A stretch of DNA of 64,000 nucleotides from Eledone cirrhosa (GCA_964016885.1 OZ024755.1:25544001-25608000), one strand, 5' to 3'. Numbered from the stretch's first letter, positions 43,054 through 57,352 are shown. Numbers and translations are program-made. Notes: generated by a model from the sequence alone, not told the origin.

Positions 43054-43301
43054 TTTCTGAATCAGTTATTCGCTGCCAGCGACAATTTCGAATGGAAGAA
43101 TCACGTGATTAACGGTCAACAGAGAGGAAGTAGTACGTGGACAATGGCAAGTTACGGGGCTGATAGGAGAAAAAATATATATATGTATGTGTTTGGGTGT
43201 GTGTAGGAGAAAGTGCGTCTATATATATATATACATATATAGGTGGTGCTATTAAGTTAGAAATGGCCAATACTGGCCGAAACATATCAAAGTTTTCAAA
43301 G

Positions 43302-43339
<38 letters not shown>

Positions 43340-43504
43340 TCATCATCATCATTTTACGTCCGCTTTTCCCTGCTTGCAAGGGTGGGACGGGAACTGATTC
43401 TGGCTCGATTTCTACAGCTGGATGCCCTTCCTAACACCAACCTCATTTACAGCGAGTGCTGGGTGCGTTGTTGCCGTGGCACCTCCACGACCACTTTGCA
43501 GTGA

Positions 43505-43575
43505 AAGGAAGGAATTCCGTACAGGTCTAACGGGAGGAAGAAGGAGCCGTTAGACCTGTACGGAATTCCTTCCTT
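43505..43575. repeat. Perfect 29-bp inverted repeat heading a possible PLE 3' remnant (to about 43840)
   Basis: Arms 43505-43533 / 43547-43575; isolated CTGATGA at 43825. Confidence 0.75.
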
Positions 43576-43924
43576 GCTCACATTCCAACCAGGTTTGATG
43601 GTCTTTATTCTCTCTCGTTCACGATTTCACCGAACTTATATTCATGGAAATTTGGGACTTGACTCCTTCTTCCTCACTTTTCGTTGCTTCACCATCTTTG
43701 TTTATTTACACTCTCGTGTCCTCTTTATTTACGTGTCCCAACGACTTTGTTTAGCCGTTGCTCGCACCAACCGGAGGTATATGGTCTTTAAAGCGATGAA
43801 ATACCAATGATGGTTGGAAGATCACTGATGAAGGACTAACTTTATTCATATGTAACCCATTAGCAACCACTCAGCACGTTTATTCTCATATTTACACACA
43901 TATATATATATATATATATATATC

Positions 43925-44010
<86 letters not shown>

Positions 44011-44014
<4 letters not shown>

Positions 44015-44142
44015 TAGTTCTACAACAGTTAGTAAACCATTTCCGAGGGCAATTTGTTTCACTTTAACGGCAAGCTGGTGATCTATTAAGGTGAAACAAA
44101 TTGTTCTCGGAAATGGTTTACTAACTATTGTGGAACTACATC
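44011..44142. repeat. 57-bp inverted repeat with a degenerate HHR across the loop
   Basis: Arms 44011-44067 / 44086-44142; ag-CTGGTGA..GAAA-caaattg-TT-ct. Confidence 0.7.
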
Positions 44143-44191
44143 AACCAAACGGATATAACCCACCAGTGTTCTGCCCCTATATATATATATA

Positions 44192-44242
<51 letters not shown>

Positions 44243-44275
44243 TGGAAAATGTGTGAGATCCTTGGTACAATTAGG

Positions 44276-44459
44276 TATATTTGAAAAAAAGGAAAAGAAT
44301 GACTTCACTTGTAGTGCTAAATAATTTGATTTAGTTTTATAATATAATATTATATGATATTATGAGTTGGTAGAAACTCATAATATTATAATATTATAAA
44401 ATTAAATCAAATTATTTAGCACTACAAGTGAAGTCATTCTTTTCCTTTTTTCAAATATA
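44276..44459. repeat. Inverted repeat of about 90 bp, no HHR seen
   Basis: Arms 44276-44368 / 44375-44459. Confidence 0.85.
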
Positions 44460-44568
44460 TATATATATATATATATATAAGCAGAAGGGATTTTCAATTT
44501 GTTGGTAATTCAACAATATAAATGTTTATAACTGATTCAGAGCACTCAAAAGATTTTCTGGAGTATAA

Positions 44569-44894
44569 TATACAATGATATTAAATAAATGGAAACTATA
44601 TTTATAAAACCATATTTATTCTATTATATATATTTCAAGAGTACCAAAATTTTGGTACGCTATCATTTGCATACTTATCTTAATAATTTGAAATATCTGA
44701 CTTTTCTTCTCTTTTCCCTTCACTATCCAGGGATAACTTGAACAGTTAAGGTATATTCTCCTTGGTTATGTCAAAATTTATAAAACACACTTCGTATTTT
44801 ATCTGATGATAGCGTACCAAAACTTTGGTACCCTTGAAATATATATAATAGATTAAATATGGTTTTATAAATATAGTTTCCATTTATTTAATAT

Positions 44895-44903
<9 letters not shown>
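44569..44903 (+). mobile_element. Family E element: inverted 3' copy, 139-nt body, HHR and tail; further tail copy at 44989-45043
   Basis: Arms 44569-44666 / 44806-44903; the inverted copy breaks inside CTGATGA. Confidence 0.75.
44798..44852 (+). ncRNA. Type I hammerhead (family E, related to D)
   Basis: TTTAT-CTGATGA-t AG c GTACCAA..TTGGTAC c CT t-GAAA-tatata-TA-ATAGA. Confidence 0.7.
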
Positions 44904-44987
<84 letters not shown>

Positions 44988-45175
44988 TATACAATGATAT
45001 TAAATAAATGGAAACTATATTTATAAAACCATATTTATTCTATATATATATATATATAAACGTTTGTATATGTATAATAAAGCCAAAACAATGCAGGTAT
45101 GGACATAGAATAAAGAATGCAAATGCAAAAGATATTGTTGACAATTAGTCTTTTACCTTAGATTTATTTAAATGA

Positions 45176-45210
45176 CCTTAATTTTCGAGATAATATCTCT
45201 TCTTCGGAGG
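45176..45210 (-). ncRNA. Minimal hammerhead-like motif, U4C variant
   Basis: Reverse complement reads CCT-CCGAAGA-a GAGAT att ATCTC-GAAA-at-TA-AGG. Confidence 0.4.
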
Positions 45211-45925
45211 GAAGTAAAGCGGTTAAACCAATATTCTAAATAGCTTGCCAAGTCATGCTGACAGGAAATGGTATAGAGTATCTGTTCTATCTCTAATGTC
45301 AAAGAGTTAAGGTTAGGTGGATAAAGAGTAGTCTCCCTTTAAAAGGGGTTTTATTGTACATGCCTGTTTAGATAAACCATTGTTTGTAAATCCAGTGAGG
45401 ATTTTTATTTCTGTGAGGCGTTTTATTTTTGTCTCTGTTGCTTGACATGTAACTATGAGACAACAAAATGACTGAGTCGTTGAAAGTTCAGATACAAAAT
45501 CTCAGAATATTCAATTAGATCCCTGTGTTCTGATTTCAGATACCGCCAGGGTCAAATTTGTTTTTCAACTCATCGAGGTCGATAAACACAGAACCAGTCC
45601 GGTAGAGGGTCACTTCTTATTCTTTTCTCTTTCTTTCTTTCTCTCTTTTTATCTCAAAGAAATCTATTGTTTTCACACATGGAAACAAAGGAACCACGTA
45701 TGGTTTTAAATACACAACACCCACCATATTTCATGATGGCGCCTCTAGGACTCTCTAAGCAGTTAGGGATGAAAACGGGTATATGTATCTGTGGACGTGT
45801 GCTTGTGTGTATATTTGTGTGTGTGTGTGGACGTGTGCGTGCGTGTGTGTACATATATATGCGTGTGTGTGCATTTATATAAGCCTTTAGTATAGAAGAA
45901 GAAGAAGAAGAAGAAGAAGAAGAAG

Positions 45926-45956
<31 letters not shown>

Positions 45957-46153
45957 GTATGGAGCGTAATTAAGAACAGATGAGTTAAAGGTTTTTATAT
46001 GATAAACTTCTGTAATTATTGTCTAAATTTACAGAGCTGTACAGATATACAATAATATATATATATATATGTGTGTGTGTGTGTTGATGATACATGCATG
46101 TCTTGGCATACAACTACACACACACACACACATGTATATTCATTATATATATG

Positions 46154-46242
<89 letters not shown>

Positions 46243-46691
46243 ATATATCTCTCAGTATAAGTGTAAAGTTTCTCTCGATGGTATATATTATAGTTTTGAT
46301 TATTAGACTTGCGCGCACACACATACATACACGTATATATATTAATACACACACACACACGTACTTATATTTCTCCTCCTCTCTCACACTGTCTCCCTCT
46401 CACACTCTCTCTCACACTCTCTCCCTCTCACTCTCTCTCTCTCTCACTCTCTCTCTCGCTCTGTCTCTGTCATTATATATATATATATATATATAACATA
46501 TATATACAAAAACACACACATATATATATGTATACACATATTTATACATATACACACATATATATATATAAATATATCCATATAAATATGTATATACACA
46601 CACACATATGTGTCTGTGTTTATATATGTATATATATAATATATATATATATATGAATATATATATAAATATACATACGTATGCATATTAC

Positions 46692-46767
<76 letters not shown>

Positions 46768-46804
46768 TATATATATAAATATACATACATAGGCATATTA
46801 CCAT

Positions 46805-46872
<68 letters not shown>

Positions 46873-47089
46873 GTATACACCCCGAGACTTCAGTGTGTAT
46901 GTGTTACAGACGTGAAAATGTGTTTCAGGTGTCTTCTGTCAATCGTAAGGAGAAAATGAGAGACTGGGGGGGGGGGGGGGAAGACATAGATAATGAGAAA
47001 GAGAAAGAGTCTCAGAGACAGATAGAGAGTGCAAGGGAGACGGTTAGAGAAATAGAGAGAGGGGGAAAGGTTAATATATATATATATAT

Positions 47090-47147
<58 letters not shown>

Positions 47148-47387
47148 GGGAGAGAGAACGGGCAAGGACCTAAGAACGAGAGAAAGAAAGAAAGAAAGAC
47201 AGAAAGAGTTAGAGTAGAAAATGAAGGGAGGTCAGTGAGGCAGAAATATAGATTAGGTTGGATGACAAATGATATAATGGTAAAACTATTGCACTATGTA
47301 AGAAATCTTTCCAGATGTCTCTCCTAGCTTCTAACTTCCCGCCTTTCCTATGTAGAATGTAGTCAACAACAACTCTCTCTCTCTCTC

Positions 47388-47446
<59 letters not shown>

Positions 47447-47481
47447 GTTTCTATCACTTACTCTCTCTCTTTTTATCACTT

Positions 47482-47534
<53 letters not shown>

Positions 47535-47626
47535 ACATGTGTGTGTGTGTGTGTTATTTGTATCTTTGTTCACTGGTACTCGAGTTTCGCGAGGCCTACG
47601 ACTAATGCATCCAGTATGTATCTATG

Positions 47627-47666
<40 letters not shown>

Positions 47667-47695
47667 TTATCTGGTGATTCTATAGACATGTTTTA

Positions 47696-47792
<97 letters not shown>

Positions 47793-47846
47793 CAGTTATA
47801 AACATTTATATTTGTTGAATTACCTACAAATTGAATATCCCTTCTA

Positions 47847-47894
<48 letters not shown>

Positions 47895-47897
47895 GAT

Positions 47898-47957
<60 letters not shown>

Positions 47958-48299
47958 TAGATATGTGTGTGTATATATGTAGTTGTCATGTTCTCCGTGT
48001 TTCACTATTACGTGTAGTTGCCATATAAAACATCTCTTTACTAAACAACTATAATTTCCAATCCAACATGGCGGAGGTGTTGGTTGCTTTGTTTGGTTTT
48101 CTTTATGTCTTTTTCTTTTAACCCGTCATTCCTGTTGGAATCATAGGTGCGCCGTAGTGATACGGTGTTTTGGGGATAGTTTTTAAAAACCTATCAGAGC
48201 CTATCACTTCTCTAGGTCTAAACACAGCCGATATCTTATAGAGAAGGAGAGTGAATGATAGAGAGAAGTATGGAAGATACATAGTGGAAGAATCGCCAC

Positions 48300-48440
48300 C
48301 AGTTTTGGACTGGTACTTTTTTATCGACCTTAAAAGAATGAAAGGCAAAGTTGACTTCGGCAGAATTTGAAATCCAAGAGTAGAATCGGAACAAATGCCG
48401 CAAAGCATTCTATCCAACATTCTAACGACTCAGCCAATTC
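48300..48440 (-). mobile_element. tRNA-type SINE
   Basis: ctggtacttt..atcgacc..gaatgaaaggcaaagttgacttcggcagaatttgaa..ctaacgactcagccaattcg. Confidence 0.7.
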
Positions 48441-48949
48441 GTCGTCTATATTTAATCAATTCTGTTTGTTTTATTATAGTTATATTTTTATTAGCCTCCA
48501 TTCCCCCCATCATCGAAACTTTTTTTATTTTTCCCCTATCGTGTTCGAACGATGTATCAGAGATAAGATGGATGGTTGTTATGAATTTAACTAGTGTCAG
48601 GCGCCCTCCAGACTGTAACATAGAAACAACAATCTTGCATGGATACGATGTTATGTGAAGACTTCAGTGATGTTATGACATACTATGAAATTCCACTGTC
48701 CATATCTACACATGGTTAAGAATGGTCAGCTTCTTTATTGGATTTTTTAAAAATTATATATACATATATTTATTCATTTATTATAAAGTGAGGTTATTGC
48801 TAACGTATAAGTGAAAATATAGGATTTTAGGTTCCCTCGTAAATATCGTAATTTCCGATTTATTCAATATAAATGTTGAATTGGCTTCCTTCTTTTTTTT
48901 TCATAAAATATATCCAGGTATACCCCAGTTTCGTTAACTGAGTGGTTTG

Positions 48950-49170
48950 GAGTAATATGAAATGAATAATCTTGCTCAAGGACGCAACGTGAAATAAAGT
49001 GTCTTGCTCAAAGACACAACGTGAAATAAAGTGTCTTTCTCAAGGACACAATGTGAAATATAGAATCTTGCTCAAGGAAACAGCGTGAAATAAGTGTCTT
49101 GTTCAAGAACACAACGTGAAATTAAGTGTCTTGCTTAAGGACATAACGTGCCACCAGAAATCGAACTCAT
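48950..49170 (-). mobile_element. SINE fragment with about 6 tandem copies of a 31-32-bp unit
   Basis: gtgaaataaagtgtcttgctcaaggacacaac repeated, then gaaatcgaactc (B-box reverse complement). Confidence 0.7.
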
Positions 49171-49606
49171 GGTATCTGTCAGCTGAACACATTAAACGCC
49201 ACATTAGCTAGGTACTTCGCAAGATATACCTACCTGAAAATGAATACCTCTTTTTGATGGGATTAAGATGAGAAATACTCTTGGTATCGAACTAGCAATA
49301 ATAACCTTCACTCTTAGTCTATAAATGCAACTAGAACCTGTTTTTGATGACAACATGGGCGATTCAATACTCTTGTCCTCACACTGTGTAATGAAGCAAC
49401 ATTTATTGATAAATTACCAAAGAAGATAGATCGAATCCAATGAATTAAAGCATTACCAAAGAAGGGTGGTTTTACACTGAGTTGGGTGGTGTGAATATCG
49501 ACGGCAAAGTCATTGTCATTGTTTCTTCTTCAAACATTTTAAAGGAATCCCCAAAGGAATGTTTAATAGCTTTAATAGCCCTTGAAACTAATGAAATATT
49601 CATCAT

Positions 49607-49743
49607 AGGCGCAGATATGGCTGTGGCTAAAGAGTTTACTTTGCAATCATGTGTTGTTGGGTTCAGTCCTTACGTCTCTTCGAATATAGCCTCGGGTTGA
49701 CCAATTTCAGTTGAAATTTGGTAGACGGAAACTGAGCGGGTCT

Positions 49744-49745
<2 letters not shown>
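49607..49745 (+). mobile_element. tRNA-type SINE (second family), internally deleted
   Basis: ggcgcagatatggctgtggctaa..ggttcagtcc..tatagcctcgggttgacc..tttggtagacggaaactga. Confidence 0.7.
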
Positions 49746-49810
<65 letters not shown>

Positions 49811-49822
49811 ATAGATAGACAA

Positions 49823-49888
<66 letters not shown>

Positions 49889-50401
49889 ATATGTGTGTGT
49901 GAGTGTGTGTCTGTGTGTATGAGAGAGAGAGTGTGTGTGAGTGTGTGGATAAATAGATAACCATATATATATTCGCATATATGTGTGTACGTGAGAGGGA
50001 GAGAGAGAGGGGGAGAGCGAGAGAGAGAGAAAATACATACAGACACACACACACAGCTTCATTTTTTTACATTATATTTTACAATTTTGTTTTTATTTAT
50101 TAACTCAGCTTCTATAGACTACTTAAGAATCGTGCTGTAAAGAAATTACAACAGGCCACCAATATAATTTCTCGCTCTTCAACGAAATTGTTAACATCTG
50201 ACGGAAACTGAACTACAAAGAAAAGAAACAAAAAATAACTAGAATAGAGAGCGTAATAGGTGGGGGAGATAAATCTTTAACATCTTTTGTTCTTTCTATC
50301 TGTCTTCCATTTTTTTCTTAAAGGGCTACCACACTACAAAAGCAATTTGGAATGAACAAAACCTTAAGTTGAATTAAATATTGTAGTACTTACTGTAAAA
50401 G

Positions 50402-50560
50402 ACAGCGAGCTGGTAGAGCTATTAGAAACTCAAATCGAAATTTTTACAGCTTTTTGTTCGTTTCCAACTCTTTTGCAGCCTGGGTTCACTTTTCATCAAA
50501 GTCAACGTTGACTTTCATCTATTTAAGATCGATAAATAAAATACCGGTCAAGTACTGAGA
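50402..50560 (+). mobile_element. Degraded tRNA-type SINE
   Basis: gcgagctgg..gttgactttcatc..tcgataaataaaataccggtcaagtactg. Confidence 0.55.
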
Positions 50561-50984
50561 TAAATTCTTTCTCCTTCTTTCCCTTTCTCACCTTCTTTCA
50601 CACTCATTTCTCTTTCTCTTTTACTTTATTTCTGTTGTGTTCAGACTTAGAGAGGGACTTTGTATGAGAGTCTGTTTGTGTGTGAGTGTATGAGTGTGCG
50701 AATTATGCATGTTTGTGCGTGCGCGTGTGTGTGTATGTGTGTGTGTGTGTGCCTCTGTGTGTGTGTCTGTGTGTCTGTGTGTTTGTGAGAGTGCGTGTGT
50801 GTGTGTGTGTGTTTGTTTCTTTATGTTTGAGTATTTGAGGGAAGTTTGAAGAAGGAAAATCTGTCAATTTAAGTGAATCCAATATTTCACCAAAATGTCA
50901 AACCTCTTTAACTTCATAAAAAAAACATTCTCTGTTGCAGCGTTGAAACAGAAGCAGGGATTTATAACATCACGGTAACATATA

Positions 50985-51755
50985 TCACCAAACCACCACT
51001 ACCACCACCACCACCACCACCACAACCATCACCACAACAACAACAACAAACACAAATACAACCACCACCACCACAGCCATCACCACAACAACAACAACAA
51101 ACACAAATACAACCACCACAGCCATCACTACAACAACAACAAACACAAATACAACCACCACCACCACAACCATCACCACAACGACAACAACAAACACAAA
51201 TACAACCACCACCACCATAGCCATCACCACAACAACAACAACAAACACAAATACAACCACCACCTCCTCAGCCATCACCACAACAACAACAACAAACACA
51301 AATACAACCACCACCACCACATCCATCACCCCAACAACAACAACAAACACAAATACAACCACTACCACCACAACCACATCCATCACCACAACGACAACAA
51401 CAAACACAAATACAACCACCACCACCACCACATCCATCACCACAACAACAACAACAAACACAAATACAACCACCAACACCAACACCACCAACAACAACCT
51501 GACTCTCCACCACCAACACAACCAGCAACAACAATACCATTACCACCACCAACACTACCTCCACCACTACCACCCACACCACCAACACCACCAACACCAA
51601 CACCACCAACAACAACCTGACTCTCCACCACCAACACAACCAGCAACAACAATACCATTACCACCACCAACACTACCTCCACCACTACCACCCACACCAC
51701 CAACACCACCAACACCACCAACAACAACAACAACACCACCACCAACATCACCACC
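50985..51755. repeat. AC-rich minisatellite (about 40-48-bp unit containing aaacacaaatacaacc) plus a duplication of about 118 bp
   Basis: Directly visible. Confidence 0.9.
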
Positions 51756-52087
51756 ATGTTGTTCTGACGATATTTACGAAGGAGTGTACCATAAAACTAT
51801 TGTTTGTCAAAATTAGTGTCGAAACAGATTCAGATGTCTGCCTTCAGTGGTTTATAATTTCATTCATCTTTATATACATTGGTTTCTTAACGCCTGTGGT
51901 TTTTGTTCCTCGACTATATTTAGGTATATTCTTTGTACTTTGTTGTACTTTGCTTCTATATACAGATGTTATCTTGTCATATTCATAATCCAAGTGTGTA
52001 GACTCTGATAATAATACAGTCTGCATGTTCTTTGGCTTTTCAAATAATTGGCTGACTTTCGAAACATTGTATATATTATATATGTAT

Positions 52088-52131
<44 letters not shown>

Positions 52132-52156
52132 ATTGTATATATTATATATGTATGTA

Positions 52157-52209
<53 letters not shown>

Positions 52210-52248
52210 ATACATATATAATATATACAATGTTTCGAAACTCCTTCG

Positions 52249-52308
<60 letters not shown>

Positions 52309-52366
52309 TATATATATATATATACAGTATATATATATATATATATACAGTATATATATATATACA

Positions 52367-52427
<61 letters not shown>

Positions 52428-52492
52428 CATACATACATACATACATACATACATACATACATACATACATACATACATACATGCATGCATAG

Positions 52493-52570
<78 letters not shown>

Positions 52571-52604
52571 CTATGCATGTATGTATGTATGTATATATAT
52601 ATAT

Positions 52605-52788
52605 ATAACGAAGGAGGTGTGGTAAGGAACCAGATGGACCATAACACACCAGAGTACTCAATACTTAGAGTAATAGAGTGTGTAGTAGGAAAATGTTTAA
52701 CCCCGACGGCAGAGCTCAAGCCGTTACGACGATAGAGCGTTCGTGATGTTTGCTCTAAGATTAGAGCAAACATCACGGACGCTCTATC
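52605..52788. mobile_element. Diverged family B copy joined to a 28-bp hairpin (52731-52758 / 52761-52788)
   Basis: Homology to 5873-6000; the hairpin has one mismatch. Confidence 0.7.
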
Positions 52789-52941
52789 TCAAAATTATTT
52801 TTAAAAAGCATTAGAAATGCGCGACCGGTAAAACTTAAAACCAAAACTGAATACTAACCAATACTATTACTAATTTTCACTTATTCCTAATTAAACTATT
52901 TTTCACTGTGAACAATTTGTCAGCATTTTCTTTTCCGTTTA

Positions 52942-52976
<35 letters not shown>

Positions 52977-53106
52977 ATAATAATAAAATTGAAGACTAAA
53001 ATCCAAAGAGGGCTCGATAAGGAAAATATATATCAAATATATAAGAACCGTAGAGCAAATACTTATTAAAATAACAGATTAAAGTTTAAGCAAAGAATCG
53101 CTATAT

Positions 53107-53140
<34 letters not shown>

Positions 53141-53274
53141 ATATATATCATTAATGTTATGATATATATATATACATATACATATATATATATATATCAT
53201 TGTTATGATATATATATATACATATACATATATATATATATATCATTAATGTTATGATTGCAGGGGATTTACTT

Positions 53275-53777
53275 CCCTTTACGTTCTGAGTTCAAATTCC
53301 GGCGAGGTTAGCTTTGCCTTTCATCCTTACGGGGTCGACAAAATAAAGCTCCAGTAATGCACTGGGGTTAATTTAATCGACTTACCTTCCCCACAAATTA
53401 TTGGCCTTGTGCCTATATTAGAAATCATCCCACTGCAATAATAATTGTTTCTACTTTAGGCAGAAGGCCAGCAATTACCCAGTGCATTACTGGTACTTTA
53501 AAGTCAACCTCGGCGGGATTTGAACTCAGATCGTAAAGGGACGTAACTATGCTGGAAAGCATGGCGTCCGACCCTCTACCGATACTGCCAACCCACTGCA
53601 ATAATAATTGTTTCAACTTTAGGCACAAGGCCAGCAATTACCCAGTGCATTACTGGTACTTTATTTCATCCTTACGGGGTCGATAAAATAAAGTACCAGT
53701 AATACACTGGTTAATTGCTGGCCTTCTGCCTAAAGTAGAAACAATTATTATTGCAGTGGGTTGGCAGTATCGGTAGA
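53275..53777. mobile_element. SINE cluster: a + copy, a head-to-tail - strand multimer, then a fold-back
   Basis: cccactgcaataataattg at 53429 and 53592; inverted arms 53575-53666 / 53686-53777. Confidence 0.8.
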
Positions 53778-53779
53778 TC

Positions 53780-54110
53780 GTCGGACAACGTGTGGTGGCC
53801 ATCACCAAGACCAGATTTTCCCAGTCATGAAGCTTCGCAACCATTTTCGGCGGCTACGAGGTGGTATACGCATCGACAAGTCGTCCGGGATCACAACTAT
53901 CGCTCAGAACCGTTTAACATCATGTTCTCAGTTTGGAAAGGTTGTCTCTCTCGCGTACCTGTTGCATGCGTTGATTCTAGAACCCTTGCTGCACCAATTG
54001 GAGACGTACGTTGAGGGGTATTCCGCGCGAAGTAGGGAGGTCGGTGTCAGTATATGCCGGCGTCGTCAGCGAAGTAGTGTCAAGCATCAAACTCAGTGAG
54101 GTGATAAGCA
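53780..54110 (+). pseudogene. L1/Tx1-like RT core fragment
   Basis: SEPFNIMFSVWKGCL (cf. SVRQGCPLS), ALILEPLL and VSVYAGVV (cf. YADD) across frameshifts. Confidence 0.65.
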
Positions 54111-54342
54111 CAATTCTGAGGGTACATCGAACTGAGGGCGTTACGGCTGTGAACTAAACAGCCTAACCACTAAAGTGTGTACTATAGACATTATAAAGAC
54201 AGCTGCGTTTGAAATATGCCGACATATATCTCATATATTAGAGGGGAAATAATTAAAATAAGGAAGAGTCGGAATCTCGAAGACAAAAGAATGCAAATAA
54301 CAATCAAGTATTACAGAACAAGGAGTAGGGAGTAGATATGTG

Positions 54343-54377
<35 letters not shown>

Positions 54378-54475
54378 AAGGATATATATCTATCTGTCTA
54401 TCTATCTATTTATCTATCTCTCTCTCTATATATAGATAGATAAATAGATAGACAGATAGATATATATCCTTACAT

Positions 54476-54527
<52 letters not shown>

Positions 54528-54531
<4 letters not shown>

Positions 54532-55137
54532 TGGCTGCCAACTCGTTTTCGAGTACGGCCACTACTTTATATCCATGCAGAAGAACCCCTACCGATGCGC
54601 TGAACGAGTGTGACTTTTTAGTACAGCCAGCGACTTGAAAACTCTGGTACAAACACTACATTTGTGACAATTACTGACACACAGTGCTGGGCCCATGGTA
54701 CCATGTGACGACAAGGGCAGAGAGATCTCCAGATATAAAGCAATGCCTGTGCCGTGAAGCTTTTATAGTGAGCAAAGGCACTGCGCAAAGCCAGTCCCAC
54801 TCTCTTAACCAAGATGATATTTAACAAAAAGAAGAACAAGTCAACATCATTGGATACCATCAGGGTTGCAGGTGTTATATCAGAGTTTTCCTTCTCCTAG
54901 AATTCTGCCTTGACAAAGGCTAAGGGGTCATCTCTCCCGGTGATTTTGGATGGCCATTGACTCTTAAGAGCTCCTTTGCCCTTTGACAGGTTTTGTTTTT
55001 AGTCCTGCAGGATGTCCAAAGTCACCCTCCTCACCAAGAAACCTTGGTGGGGTTGCCAGTTTAGTCGCCAACGACCCGACCATGGGACAGGTTGTACTGG
55101 GATACATGTTACCAGTAGCACCAACTGGTGACCTGAC
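54528..55137 (-). mobile_element. Family M, longest copy (about 610 bp)
   Basis: 54528-54937 is shared with the other copies; the extension to 55137 is hairpin-rich and abuts (TACA)n; continuity inferred. Confidence 0.65.
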
Positions 55138-55216
55138 ATAACATACATACATACATACATACATACATACATACATACATACATACATACATACATACAT
55201 ACATACATACATACAT

Positions 55217-55735
55217 AAATTAACAACAAACGAGGAAGAATATATTGAGACAGATGGCACTAAGGAATACTGGTGGAACCTGAAAATAAAAACTGCCACC
55301 AAATTAAAGCACAACCGGCCTGATATTGTAGTTTGGGACCACACATTGAAAACGTGCTCTGTTGTGGAGATCAGCTGCCCACTTGATGTAAACGTTGTCA
55401 GAAAAATACAGGAGAAGGAGGACATCTACGGACCATTGATGAGGAGCTTACAAATCCAGTATCCAAGATACACCTTTAGCTTCATACCCATCATTATTGG
55501 TGCTACGGGCTATATACCAACCCGCTTGGACCAAAGTATGACCGAACTTGGATTTGCGGACAAAAAGCGCAGCTCCCTAATTCATAGTCTACAAATGGCT
55601 GCGATAGCTGGCACCTTCAAAATATGCAAAACATTCTTGTGATTCAAGGGATGACAATTTCTTTTCTTTTACAACCTTGCCACCAGGAAGGTGGCCGGTC
55701 AAAAAAATATACTCGAAATTAAGAGAAAGAGAAAA
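55217..55735 (+). mobile_element. R4/Dong-like LINE 3' end with an open RLE frame
   Basis: WWNLKIKTATKLKHNRPDIVVWD..VVEISCPLD..KIQEKEDIY..IPIIIGATG (PD..E/D..K RLE motif); preceded by (TACA)n and followed by CATAC. Confidence 0.85.
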
Positions 55736-56445
55736 CATACCTATACTCAAAGATTTGCACAGGCATATGTGTGTGTGTGCGCGCGTGTGAAATCCCCATG
55801 AAATGACAGTGACTTCCTGACATTTATTAATATCTTAATGCCAAGAACATCAATCGTAGTTTTAATATAGACGGATGAAAGTCTACGATGTCTAAATGTG
55901 TAACTCTGCGGGTTACTTTGCTTTCAATTTCCATGGATCCATTCTCAGTCGATATATACAGAGCGGCAGTTCTATTGTACTAATACCCTAGTAATTCTAA
56001 TACCCTAGGTTGATAGTGATGAGAATGTTCTAGTTGAATATTCCTAAATTGTGTTTGGAGGGGTTAATTAACCTACATTTGTGATTGAAGAGGGAGTTGA
56101 TACAGTGGTCCTTAATTTAAGTAGGCCTGATGTATTGAATATTACTTTCTTTCGTTTCTACACATAAACATACTGACATATACTCACACACACACACATA
56201 TATATATATATAATATATATATATACATACATGTATAAATATATATATAAATACATCCATGTATACATATATACGTTTATATATATATATTTATATTCAT
56301 ATATATATGTATGTGTATATATATATGTATGTGTGTGTGTGTGTATTTATAAACGTTTACGTGTTTACACACACGCGCGCATATATATATATTTATGTTG
56401 AGTTCTAGATTTATAAGTGTATATATATATATGTCTGTGTGTATG

Positions 56446-56476
<31 letters not shown>

Positions 56477-57177
56477 ATAGAGAGGGGGGGGGGGGTAAGT
56501 GTATGTGTGTACGTGTGTGAGGGGAAGGGAGAGAGATCGAGTGAGAGAATGAGAGATATGGGGGTAAATGCGTTGGATTTCATGGTATGAAGAGATTACA
56601 CATATATATTAGTTTAAGATTAATATTAAAATGATAAAATCTTACATTGTCTTAATTTATGGGTCCCAGACAGATAAGTATAATGGTTGTAGCTACAACG
56701 TAAACACCAACAATATCACGCCATTAATATTTAGAAATGTTATTACCTTTTATAATTATGATAATTATAATAATATTAGTGATTTCATTATTGGCCACTA
56801 GTTTAGGGTGGTGAGGGACAGTAATCAGAAGAGGAAAAGTTCCCCAATAAGGAGAGGATGATACTTTAGAGTAATTCCAAAGAAAATTCCTCACAAAACC
56901 TTGGATTACTCTATCGTTTTAAGGGCATTGAAAGAGCTCTCTCTTGGTTTCTTTCTTCTTGTTTAGAAAAACCTAGTCAGAATACACTCATTCAGTCTTG
57001 TCAACCATCTTCCATAAAACACACTGAAGGGCAGCACTTCCCTCTTTACCCTCACCTTCTTCTTCTTCAAGTGGCACTTGAAGAAGTTGATGACTGCTTG
57101 GCAGGGAGCGGGGGGAGGGGATTCCTTTCCCTAAATCTTTTAGACGTGTCTGCCATACAGCTTCGTTTGCCATAGCT

Positions 57178-57223
57178 AGAAGAAGAAGAAGAAGAAGAAG
57201 AAGAAGAAGAAGAAGAAGAAGAA

Positions 57224-57270
<47 letters not shown>

Positions 57271-57352
57271 AGAAGAAGAAGAAGAAGAAGAAGAAGAAGA
57301 AGAAGAAGAAGAAGAAGAAGAAGAAGAAGAAGAAATAGAAGAAGAAGAAGAA
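57178..57352. repeat. (GAA)n microsatellite
   Basis: Directly visible. Confidence 0.95.

Noticed and set aside
49195-49600. Possible Helitron helicase fossil on the - strand (IFTPPN, KVIIA, IPR)
   Set aside because: Motifs too short and degenerate to call by eye
55020-55137. Twister- or HDV-like ribozyme in the family M extension
   Set aside because: Only partial resemblance (ctgtcccatggtcgg..gaggagggtgac on the - strand); I could not place the conserved residues, so it is left as a test rather than a call
56988-57173. 61-aa ORF MANEAVWQTRL..
   Set aside because: Short, no recognisable domain, no supporting exon structure
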